64,000 nucleotides of DNA, taken from NCBI GenBank assembly GCA_963763075.1, contig CAVXNF010000006.1:351728-415727 (forward strand), in the 5' to 3' direction. The DNA is from an uncultured Chloroflexia bacterium. GTDB taxonomy: Bacteria; Chloroflexota; Limnocylindria; Limnocylindrales; CSP1-4. Positions within the stretch are counted from its first letter, which is position 1. Every line of letters begins with the position of its first letter. Position numbers and translations under genes: made by a program. Under the pieces are notes generated by a model that had not been told where the DNA came from, ran no database searches, and worked only from the letters and a program-made list of their open reading frames with translations. Shown in pieces: positions 12,977 through 22,437 of the stretch.

Positions 12977-15729
12977 TCGAATCTTCCTCGAAGCGCGGCG
13001 GTGGGCGCCACCCGGCGCTGGAGTGCGACGCCGAGCAGGAGCCCGACGCCGACGACGACGGTCATCGCGACCAGGATCAGGAGCAGCGGGAGCGGATCGA
13101 GCACGAGCGGCACGTCGACCGGCGAGCCGACGAGCCCGGCGAGGCCGAGCCCGTCCCGCAGGAGGCCGAACAGGGCGATCCCGAGGGCGCCGCCCAGCAC
13201 GAACGCGACGAGGGTCGTCGGGCCGTGCTCGGCGGCCGTGAGCTGGAGGGTCTGGCGCGAGGTGAGCCCGAGCGTCCGGAGGTGCGCGACCTCCTGGGTG
13301 CGGGCGAGGCCGGCGAGGGCGAGCGCGGCGGCGACCCCGAGGGCCGCGTACGCCGCGGTCACGATCGCCGCGGCGAGGATGAGCGCCCGGACGGCGTTCG
13401 TCACCGGCTGCGCCCGGAGCTCGTCCGCGCGCTCCGCCTGGCCGGACACCTCGACCGTCGGCGCCTGCGCGCTGACGGCCTCGCGGATGGCCGGGCCGGC
13501 CGTCTCCGGCGCGCGGAGCAGGGCATACACCGGGACGATGCGGGCGGGCGGCGCCTGGCCGAGGAACGCCTCGCGAGCGATGACGACGAAGTGACGGTCG
13601 AGGGGCACGCCCGGGAACGAGTCCCGGACCTCCGCCACCTGGTAGGTGAGGTTGTAGCCCTCGATGCTCATCGTGAACGTGCCCCCCTCCTCCACCCCGC
13701 GCGGGCTGTCCACGAGCGAGCGCGACACGATCGCGGGGATCGGCCCGGCGGCAGGTGTCGCGAACCCGGCCGGGAACGCCGGCTCGATCGGGGTCCCCGC
13801 GAGCACCGCCTCGAGGTTCGCCGCCTCCGGGATGACGACGATCGACTGGGGACCGGCGAGGTCGACCGGGACGAGGCCCTGGAACACGGTCGAGGCGACC
13901 TCGACCTCGGGGAGGGCGGCCGGGTCCATCGCGATCGGCAGGGCGCCGTTCGGCTGCTGGACCCGCCACGAGGCGCCGACCTCCTGCCACGCGGCGACCT
14001 CCGCGCCGCGGTCGAGGTGGTCGAGCGCCGTGGCGGCGAACGCGCCGACGGTCGCGGTCGCGAGCAGCACGAGCAGGACGGCCGATGCCGCGCCCCCCTC
14101 GCGTGCCCGGCGCGCGGCGAGCATCGGCACGAGGCCGCGCCCCCGTGCGGCGAGCCAGGCGACCCCGGCGAGCGGGATCGGGTACAGCCGCACGACGAGG
14201 ATCCCGGCCGCGACCCCGACGAGCGCCGGCACGGCCGCGATCAGCGGATCCACGCCCGAGCCGTCCGTCGCCTCGCTGACCGCCGCGACGCCGCGATCGC
14301 GGAGCAGCAGCGCGCCGCCGATCGCGGCCGCGACGATGAGCGCCTCGAACATCAGCCGCCGGGCGCTCACGCCGGCCACGACCCGCTCCTGGGTGTCGCG
14401 CGCGGGGCCCGCGCCACGGGCGACCCGGACGACCGTCGCGAGCACGACCGCGACCGTCACGCCGACCACGACCGCGACGGCGGTACCGGTCGTGGCGAGC
14501 CTGCCCGCCGGCACGAGCACGATCGCGAGCAGCGCCGCCACGGCCCCCGCCGGGAGCGCGATGAGCAGCCCTTCCGCGAGCACCGGGCCGACGACCTGCG
14601 CCCCCGACGCGCCGCGGGACCGGGCCAGCGACATCGTCGCGCGGCGGCGGCGCGCGGCGAGGACCGCGATCAGGGCCAGGGTCCCGACCGCGACGAGCGC
14701 GGGCCCCAGCGCGACCACCGTGACGAGCGACGACGCGGCCTCCCACCGCGCCCGGTGGCCCTCGAGGATCGGCAGCATGCCGGTCCGCAGGCCGACGTCG
14801 TTGGCCGCGGTGATGTTCGCCGACGGGTACAGGACCTGGAGCCGCCGGAAGCCGGTGATCGTGCGGTCGAGGGTCCGGTCGCGCAGCCGCTCCGGATCGA
14901 GGAACGAGCGCCACGTGTAGCGCAGGACCCGGCCGGTCGCCTGCATGTGGTCGTTGAGCGGGGTGATCGCGTCGTCCGCGAGAAGCAGGGCGGCGTCCAG
15001 GAGCTGGACCTCGGCGGACAGGGCACGGATGACTGGCCGGACGGGCGTCAGGTCGCCCAGCCAGGTATCCGACTCAGGGTCGTTCGCCTCGTAGATGCCG
15101 GTCAGGGTCGCGAACGCGTACAGCTCCGCCTGGCCTCGTCCGATGAGCGGATCGCCCGGATCGCCCGTGAGCGGCACGGTCTGGCCGAGCGTCAGCCCGT
15201 ACGCCTCGGCCGTCGCGCGCGAGACGCCGGCCTCGTACACGGGCACACCGTCGACCTGCTCCGGCCCGACGTCGTCCTGCGTCGTCACCGCGCCCGTGGG
15301 CGGCCGGCCCTCGACGTAGGTCACGTCGGCATCGACGGCTTCCTGGATCCGGAGCTTGACGAACGCGGGATCGGTCGTCGGCAGGTTCACCCGGAATCGC
15401 CCCGATTCGATGACCGCGCTCCGGCTCGCGATGAGCGCCCGCACGGCGGCGGGGAACGTCGCCTCGTGCTCGAGCCCGGCCTCGCGGACGAGCGCCAGCG
15501 GGTCACCGGCGGGGCCCGCGGCGATGCCCAGGTCCTGGAGCAGCGCGATGTTCCGTGCCGAGGCCGTCGCGGACGCGACCTCGGACTGGACCGCGCTGTC
15601 GGCCAGCCCGGCGATCACCCGCGGCGCGAGGGCGGCGAGGAACGCCGTGACGAGCACGAGCAGCGCGAGCCCGAGCGTCGCGGCGCGATCGTCGCGGAGG
15701 CGGCGGAGGGCGACCCGGGTCCAGCTCAT
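12973..15729 (-). CDS. large FtsX-family ABC transporter permease (918 aa)
   Basis: Intact ORF. It has an N-terminal TM helix, a large extracytoplasmic region, a central 4-TM bundle (LVTVVALGPALVAVGTLALIAVLAARRRRATMSLARSRGAS...), a second large loop and a C-terminal FtsX 4-TM bundle (AYAALGVAAALALAGLARTQEVAHLRTLGLTSRQ...). Confidence 0.85.
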   Translation of the reverse strand: MSWTRVALRRLRDDRAATLGLALLVLVTAFLAALAPRVIAGLADSAVQSEVASATASARNIALLQDLGIAAGPAGDPLALVREAGLEHEATFPAAVRALIASRSAVIESGRFRVNLPTTDPAFVKLRIQEAVDADVTYVEGRPPTGAVTTQDDVGPEQVDGVPVYEAGVSRATAEAYGLTLGQTVPLTGDPGDPLIGRGQAELYAFATLTGIYEANDPESDTWLGDLTPVRPVIRALSAEVQLLDAALLLADDAITPLNDHMQATGRVLRYTWRSFLDPERLRDRTLDRTITGFRRLQVLYPSANITAANDVGLRTGMLPILEGHRARWEAASSLVTVVALGPALVAVGTLALIAVLAARRRRATMSLARSRGASGAQVVGPVLAEGLLIALPAGAVAALLAIVLVPAGRLATTGTAVAVVVGVTVAVVLATVVRVARGAGPARDTQERVVAGVSARRLMFEALIVAAAIGGALLLRDRGVAAVSEATDGSGVDPLIAAVPALVGVAAGILVVRLYPIPLAGVAWLAARGRGLVPMLAARRAREGGAASAVLLVLLATATVGAFAATALDHLDRGAEVAAWQEVGASWRVQQPNGALPIAMDPAALPEVEVASTVFQGLVPVDLAGPQSIVVIPEAANLEAVLAGTPIEPAFPAGFATPAAGPIPAIVSRSLVDSPRGVEEGGTFTMSIEGYNLTYQVAEVRDSFPGVPLDRHFVVIAREAFLGQAPPARIVPVYALLRAPETAGPAIREAVSAQAPTVEVSGQAERADELRAQPVTNAVRALILAAAIVTAAYAALGVAAALALAGLARTQEVAHLRTLGLTSRQTLQLTAAEHGPTTLVAFVLGGALGIALFGLLRDGLGLAGLVGSPVDVPLVLDPLPLLLILVAMTVVVGVGLLLGVALQRRVAPTAALRGRFE

Positions 15730-18700
15730 CTACTCGTCCCTCGCTCGCAGGACCGTGCTCGTCCGGGCCGCCGGGAGCTGGCGATGGACGAGCACGACCG
15801 TCGCGACAGCGAGCAGGAGGCCCAGCACCAGCGTCGGCAGCAACGCCTCGAGCGGCACGACGACCTCCGGGGCGGGCACGGGTGTCTCCCCCGAGGACGT
15901 GAGCGTCGCGAACGGCAGTGCGAGCCACGCCAGGAGGAGCCCCAGCAGCACGCCGACGCCCAGCCCGACGACCAGCAGCGCGACGTTCTCGACCGAGAGC
16001 CAGGCGAGGAGCTGCCGCGGCGCGAGCCCCAGCGCCTTGAGCAGCGCGAGCTCGCCCAGGCGCTCGGTCGTCGACACGCTGACGCTCACGAGGTAGCCGA
16101 TCGCCGCGAACACGAGCGCGGCGAGCGACCCCAGCCCGAGGATCCCGATCACGCCCAGCCCGAGCGGGTCCGCCACGAGGCCGCCCTCGACGGCCGTGCG
16201 GTCCACGACGCCGGTCGCCTCGATCGGCGCCGCCGCCAGCCCGGCCGCGACCGCCGCGCTCTGTCCCGGCTCGGTCGCGAGCCACCACTCCGCGGTCTCC
16301 CCGGAGGCGACCTGCGCCGCGAGCCGGAGCAGCCCCAGCGCCTGGACGTCGACCAGCGCGAACGGCTTGCCCGGGTCGAGCGTCGGGAAGCCGTCGATCG
16401 TGTCCAGGATCTCGACCTCCAGCGGGGCGCCGAACACGCTCGACTGGAGCGTGTCGCCCACCGCGGCGCCCGTGCGGTCGAGGAACGCGTCGTTGACGAG
16501 GATCGCGGCGGGCGGCGGATCGCCGCTCGTGAGCACGCCGGCGGTAGGTGACGCTCTCGGTGCCGAACAGCGCCGGGATCTCGACCCGCTCGGGCAACGG
16601 CGCGGGCGCGTCGACCTCCTGGAGGCCGCCGCCCTGGGCGATGACGGACCGGCCGCCCTCGACCGGGAGCGGCGTCCAGGCATCGCCGTCGTCGTCGGTG
16701 CTCGCCTCCAGCGACCGCACGTCCACGGTCCCCGACTCCGCGACCTCGAGGTTGCCGCCCGGCGTGACGTCGAGCTGGATGCCGACGATCGACGCCGGCA
16801 GCGCGAGCCCGGCGCCGTCGGGACCGGTGAGCGGGGCGACGAGGCGCACGCCGACCGTGTCGAGCGGCCCGGCGCTGCCCGGCAGCCGCGCGATCCGGCC
16901 ATCGGCGTCGAGGACGAGGAGCGCGAAGCCGAGACCCGTCTCGTCGTCGGGGAACGGCAGGTTGCCCTCGATCGGCTCGAACGCCGAGTCCGCGACCAGC
17001 GAGATCCTGCGCGTCCCCTCGGGGATCGGGATCCCCGGTGCCTCGCCGCGAGTGGCCCCGAGCGCGCGCAGCGCATCGAGCGTCTCTGCGCCCTGCTCGT
17101 CGTCCCGGACGCGCACGATGTCCGCCATCGCGGCCCCGTCGATGCCCAGCAGCGCCCCGTCGCGGAGCGTCGTGCCCAGCTGGATCGAGCCGTCCTCGAC
17201 CGGCGTCGCCGCCGTGACGCCGGGGACGGCCCGGAGCGCGTCCCCGATCCCCCACGGCGGGACGGCTCCCTGCGAATCGGGCGTGAGCCGGACGTCGGCG
17301 CCGGCCGCGTACGAGGCCTGGTCGCCCTGGCTGCGGGTCCAGGTCGCGGCGTGCGCGGACGCGAACGTGCCGAGCGCCGCGGCGAGGATGAGCAGGAGCG
17401 CGGCCCGGGTGTAGCGCAGCGGCCGGCGCGCGACCTGGCGCCCGGCGAGCGCCGGCACGAGCCGCCGGCCGCGGACCAGGAGGCGTTCGGCGAGCTCGGC
17501 GAGGCGCGGGACGAACCGCACCGCGAGGACGGCCCCGGCGAGCAGCCCGATCGCCGGTGCGGCGACCAGGAGCGGGTCGACCCCCAGCGCGCCGCGCGCG
17601 GTCCGGGTGATCGGCGCGCCGTACAGCCGGAGCTGGACGAGCGCGATGACGGCGAGCACGACGAGCGCGAGGTCCAGCCCGAGCCGCTGCGGCAGCGTCC
17701 GGCCGACCTGCCGCCCGACCGCGGCCCGGACGCCGGCGATCGGCGCACCCGAGAGCAGCGTCGGGATCGTCAGCGCGAGGATCGCGAGGGCGCCGCCGAT
17801 CAGCGCGACCGCGAACGTGCTCCAGCCGGGCAGCGGCGTCTCGAGCCCGACGCCCTCGAGCGCAGGGTTGAGCCGGACGGCCTGGACGAGGAGCGCCGCC
17901 GCCCACGGGGCCGCGATCACCGCCGGGACCGTCACGAGCAGCGCCTCGCCCAGGGCCATCGACACGAGGTGGCCGAACCCGCCGCCGCGGGCCCGCAGGA
18001 GGGCCGTCTCGGTCCGCCGCCGCTCGAGGAGGAGCGCCGCGACGAGGATGACCGCGTAGCCGGCGAGCACGCCGAACTGGATGAGCAGCAGCAGGATCCC
18101 GGCCTGGGTCACCAGCACCGAGCGGTCGACGGTCGCGAGGATCGTGGGCAGCCTGGTGAGGACCTGGGCCTGGTTCGAGAACGGGAGCGCGGCGTTGATC
18201 CGGCCCTCGATGCCCGTCGCGAGCGCCTCGACCGTGGCGATCGACTCGGGCGTGAAGCCGTCGACCCGCGGGATCGCGCGCCACTCGGCGTTGAGCGGCT
18301 CGGCGAGCGGGCCGGCCACGAGGTCCTCGGCGGCGACGACGAGCGGGCCGCGGGTCGTGAACGAGCCACTCGACACCGCGCCGGCGAGCGCCAGCGGGTC
18401 GGCCATCCACCACTCGTCGGCCGGGTCGGCCGCCCACGTGCCGCTCACCCTGACGTCGACGATGCGCGAGGTGTCGAGCCGCGAACGGAAGCGCAGCACG
18501 TCGCCCGTGGCCACCCCCAGCAGGGCTGCCGCGGGCTGCGAGATCGCCACGTCCACGGGGGTCGCCCCGGCCACCGGCCACGCCCCGTCCACGAGCCGCG
18601 CGTGGTCCTCGATGCCCTCGTACGCGGCGAACACGGCCAGCTCGTCGACCGTGGCCGGGTCCGCGGTGGCGTCGGCGTACGGCGACGACTGGAGGACACG

Positions 18701-18967
18701 GACGACGTTGCCCCCGGTCGGCCCGAGCACGCCCTGGAGCTCCGGCACGACCGCCGCGTCCGCATCGGCGAGGCGGTCGGGCAGGATCTTCGTCCGGACG
18801 ATGACCGCGCGGTCGGCAGCGGGCGAATCGCGGAGCTCGCGGTGGAGGCCGGCGAGCGTCACGGCGTCGGTGTACAGCGCGCCCGCGGCGAGCAGCGACA
18901 GGGCGCAGGTCAGGAGCACCCACGATGCGAGGACGACCGGCCAGTCCGCGCGGCTGCGACGCAGCAC
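15730..18967 (-). CDS. large FtsX-family ABC transporter permease (about 1079 aa; one apparent frameshift near 16540)
   Basis: The N-terminal 810 aa are in ORF 15503..18967 (...LLLIQFGVLAGYAVILVAALLLERRRTETALLRARGGG...). The C-terminal 270 aa are in ORF 15730..17748 (GVLTSGDPPPAAILVNDAFLDRTG...ERLGELALLKALGLAPRQLLAW...). The junction follows ...IPALFGTESVTY. The TAG stop directly abuts the next ATG (15730/15729). Confidence 0.8.
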
Positions 18968-19136
18968 GGCCGGGACGAGGCCGATCGACGTGGGCAGGGC
19001 GATCCTCCAAGGGCGGGACGACCCCGCGCCCGCGACGCCGGGGCTCCTCCGACGGCGTCATCCGACAATAACCCCACTCGCCCGGAAAGGTTCCGGGCCT
19101 CGGTACACTGCCCTCCCGCCCCTCGAGGAGCCCGTC

Positions 19137-19829
19137 ATGACCGTCGCCGCCGTCATCCTCGCCGCGAGCCCGGCATCCGCCCTCGCGGACGCCGACGGCA
19201 CGCCCGGCGTGCGGCGCCTCACGGATGTGGCCTGGGCCGGGGGCGCGACGCCGATCGTCGTGTGCTCGTTCGATCCCGACGGCGCCGTCACGGCGGCCCT
19301 CGCGAACGCCGAGGTCACGCTCGTCGACCCGGTCGATCCCGCGGGCGGGCCGGTCGCCCAGATCGTGAACGGCGTCCGGGCCGCGGCCTCGCTCGTCGCC
19401 GAGACCGATGCGGCGCTCGTGTGGCCGGCGCGGATGACGTGGGTCGATGCGGAGACGGTCACGACGCTCATCCACGCCTACGGCGAGGACCGCGCGAGCG
19501 TCACCCGCCCGACCAGCGACGGCGAGCCCGGGTGGCCGATCCTCCTGCCCGTCCGCCACCTCGACGCGTTCGCCGCGCTGGGCGCCGACCGGATGCCGCC
19601 CGACCTGTTCGCCGATCTCGAGGCGTCGGGCGTGCCGTTCCGCGACATCGAGACCGGCGACCCGGGCGTCACCCACGACGTCGCGACGGCGCGGGCCGAC
19701 CTGCCGCCCTATGCCGGGCCGCCCGAGCCCGCCAACGGTCACGCGCACGAGTGGGGCTCGGCCGCGGCCGACGAGCCGGACGACGCGCCGGTCACCGGCC
19801 CGGCCCGGCTCACGATGCCCGGCGCCTGA
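19137..19829 (+). CDS. MobA/MocA-like nucleotidyltransferase-fold protein (degenerate NTP-binding loop)
   Basis: ATG at 19137 with GAGGAG 7 nt upstream. MTVAAVILAASPASALADADGTPGVRRLTDVAWAGGATPIVVC...AALVWPARMTWVDAETVTTLIHAY...GWPILLP follows the MocA/NTP_transf_3 layout, but the canonical LAAGxSxRMG loop reads LAASPASALADADG. Confidence 0.55.
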   Translation: MTVAAVILAASPASALADADGTPGVRRLTDVAWAGGATPIVVCSFDPDGAVTAALANAEVTLVDPVDPAGGPVAQIVNGVRAAASLVAETDAALVWPARMTWVDAETVTTLIHAYGEDRASVTRPTSDGEPGWPILLPVRHLDAFAALGADRMPPDLFADLEASGVPFRDIETGDPGVTHDVATARADLPPYAGPPEPANGHAHEWGSAAADEPDDAPVTGPARLTMPGA

Positions 19830-19834
19830 CCCGG

Positions 19835-20594
19835 GTGCGCCGTCCGCGTCGCCGCACGGTCGGCATCGCGCTCGTCGTCCTCGTCGCGGTCCTCGTCGGC
19901 GCGTTCGCGTGGTACGTCCAGCCGCAGCCGCTGCTCCCCGAGGCGACGGCCTCGCTCGCGTCCACGCCCGAGGTCACGTTCACCGACGCGCCCGACGGCC
20001 TCGAGTGGGCGCCCGCCGGTGGGACCCCGACCACGGGCCTCATCGTCTATCCCGGCGGCAAGGTCCCGCCGGAGGCGTACGGCCCGACGGCCCAGGCGAT
20101 CGCCGCCGAGGGCTATCTCGCGGTGATCACGCCGATGCCGTTCAACCTCGCGGTGTTCGACATCGACGCGGCGGATCGCGTCCGCGCGGCGCACCCCGAG
20201 ATCGACACCTGGGTCATCGCCGGGCACTCGCTCGGCGGCTCGATGGCTGCCCAGCACGTCGCGAACCGGCCGGACGCGTACGACGGGCTCGCGTTCTGGG
20301 CGGCGTACGCGGCGACGGACCTGTCGGCGCTCGACCTCGCGGCGAGCTCGATCTACGGCACGCTGGACGCGGGCGCGGCCCGCATGTCGGGTCCCGAGGC
20401 CCAGGCGGCGCTCCCGCCGGACGCCGCGTTCATCCCGATCGAGGGCGGCAACCACGAGCAGATGGGCTGGTACACGGGGCAGCCGAACGACCCGCCGGCG
20501 ACGATCAGCCGCGAGGACCAGCAGGCGCAGGTGGTCGAGGCCACGGTCGCGCTGCTGGACGGGGTCGCCGGGCACGCCCCAGGCGGCACCCTAG
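19835..20594 (+). CDS. membrane-anchored alpha/beta hydrolase (3-prime end unresolved; no in-frame stop)
   Basis: GTG at 19835. N-terminal TM helix VGIALVVLVAVLVGAFAW, then ...GLIVYPGGKVPPEAY...VIAGHSLGGSMAAQ (GxSxG nucleophile elbow) ...FIPIEGGNHEQ. The frame stays open to 22441, with stops in the other frames at 20592 and 20611. I infer an indel near the end. Confidence 0.7.
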
Positions 20595-21511
20595 GCGGCG
20601 GCCGGCCGCCTGACGAGCGTGTCCCGGATCTTGGCGAGGCTGCCCGTCGCGAGCGCGATGCCCACGATCACGAGCCCCACGCCGGCGAGCTGGAACGGCG
20701 ACGGCAGCTCGCGCAGGAGGATCGCCCCGAGGAACACCGTCGTCACCGGCTGGACGAGCAGCAGCACCGAGGTGATCACGGCCGGCAGCCGGGGCAGCGA
20801 CACCTGGATCGCGAGGTAGCCGACCGACTGCGACAGGATCCCGAGCGCGATGAGGTACGCCTGCGCGGGCATCGTCGGCCGGAGGTCGATGTCGCCGACC
20901 GCGAGCCCGAACCCGAGCGCGCACACCGCGGTGACGGCCGTCGCGATCGCGACCGGCGCCGCGGGCCGCTGGTCGGGCGTCGCGCGCCGGATGATCAGGA
21001 GGTAGCCCGCGTACGAGGCCGCCGTGATCAGCCCGATCTGGACGCCGAGCACCGGGTTGGAGCCGTAGGCGCCGCTGCCGACGATCCCCGAGATGAGCAC
21101 GACGCCGAACAGCATCACCGGGATCGCGAAGATCACCTCGCGGCGCGGCCGCTCCCCGAACACCAGCCACGCGACGATGGCGACGATCACGACCTGGACG
21201 TTGCCCATCACCGTCCCGAGCCCCGCCCCGATGACGTCGACGGCGTAGTGGAACGTGATCAGGTCGGCGGCGAAGCAGACGCCGGCGATGGTGCACAGGA
21301 CGACCGCGCGGCGGCTCATCGGCCCGAGCGCGCGCCGCTCCGCCCAGGCCACGAGCACGAGGATCGGCAGCCCGTACAGGCAGCGGAAGAACACGCCGGT
21401 CGAGGGCGACACGTCCGACGCGACGTAGAAGATCCCCGAGAACGCGATCGCGAGGGCCCCGAGGACCGCCGCCGACCGCGGATGGGCGACCGCCGCGGCG
21501 AGCGGGTTCAC
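20591..21511 (-). CDS. EamA/DMT-superfamily transporter (306 aa, about 10 TM helices)
   Basis: GTG at 21511 overlaps the GNAT stop (GTGA). The product has two EamA-like halves: VNPLAAAVAHPRSAAVLGALAIAFSGIFYV...ITAASYAGYLLIIRR...LGILSQSVGYLAIQVSLPRLPAVITSVLLLVQPVTTVFLGAILLRE. Confidence 0.85.
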   Translation of the reverse strand: MNPLAAAVAHPRSAAVLGALAIAFSGIFYVASDVSPSTGVFFRCLYGLPILVLVAWAERRALGPMSRRAVVLCTIAGVCFAADLITFHYAVDVIGAGLGTVMGNVQVVIVAIVAWLVFGERPRREVIFAIPVMLFGVVLISGIVGSGAYGSNPVLGVQIGLITAASYAGYLLIIRRATPDQRPAAPVAIATAVTAVCALGFGLAVGDIDLRPTMPAQAYLIALGILSQSVGYLAIQVSLPRLPAVITSVLLLVQPVTTVFLGAILLRELPSPFQLAGVGLVIVGIALATGSLAKIRDTLVRRPAAA

Positions 21512-22429
21512 GCCGCGTCGAGCGTGTCCGGCGGGCCATCCACGGGCCGCGCCCAGCGGTCGCGGGTCGACGTCCGCTCGAAGCCCTCCGCCTCGTACAG
21601 CGAGACTGCGCGCGGGTTGCGGCCGCTCACGCTGAGCGTCACGGTCGTCCGCGCCGAGGGCCCGCAGCCGCGCGATTCCCAGCCGGAGCGCCGTGCGCCC
21701 CAGCCCCCGGCCCTGGAGCCCCGGCCGGACGCCCAGCGCCCAGATCTCCGCTTTCGCGCCGACAGACCCGTCGGCCAGGTACTGCGGCTCGGTCGCGGCG
21801 AACGCCGCGAGCCGGCCCGTCTCGTCCTCGACGAGGATCGTGTCGTCGTCGCGGATGTCGGCGTCCTCGATCCACTGCGCATAGGACGTGGCGTCGAGGC
21901 TGAGCGGCGTCGGGTGGCCGGTGAACGCCTCGTTGAACGCGGCGACCCAGGTCTCAAGGTCGGCTGCGCGGCGGAACGGCCGGGCGTGGTAGCCGTCCGG
22001 CAGTGCCGGGTCAGCCACGGGAACCGTCGCCTCGAGTGCGAGGTCCCACACGGACGAGTGATACGCGAAGCCGGTCGCCTCGAGGAAGTCTTCCGCACCC
22101 CGCTCGCCCGGCCGCGTGCCGAGGAACAGCGCCTCGCCGCCGGCGTCGCGCACGATCTCGCAGCCCGCGACGACGAGCCGCTTTCCGATCCCCTCGAGCC
22201 GTCGATCCGGCTCCACGACGATCGCCTTCAGGTCGGGCAGGACGACGCCCACCAGCTCGTCGTCGTCGACGGCGACAGCGGCCATGCCGGCCGGCACCAT
22301 CGACGGCTTGAAGCCGTGCTCGAGCCACGGGGACGCGGCCGCGAGGTCGCCCCGTTCATGGGCGCGGGTGACCAGTGCGGCGACCTCGTCGGCGTCGCCG
22401 GGCACGATCCGGCGGACGGTGACCCCCAT
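21508..22429 (-). CDS. tandem-GNAT N-acetyltransferase (MshD-like architecture; one apparent frameshift near 21650-21700)
   Basis: First GNAT: MGVTVRRIVPGDADEV...VVEPDRRLEGIGKRLV. Second GNAT: ...ALGVRPGLQGRGLGRTALRLGIARLRALGA, continuing in the frame of ORF 21508..22098 as TVTLSVSGRNPRAVSLYEAEGFERTST. Confidence 0.75.
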
Positions 22430-22437
22430 GGTCGTCG

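Noticed and set aside
12949-16551. 1200-aa plus-strand ORF, and similar long antisense ORFs (38756..42256, 49899..54038, 610..3639, 9801..12605)
   Set aside because: They are mirror images of well-supported minus-strand genes (permeases, topA/xerC, NfeD/tyrA, alaS, typA/ABC). They have highly biased Arg/Asp/Gly/Glu composition, no SD, and no recognisable motifs.
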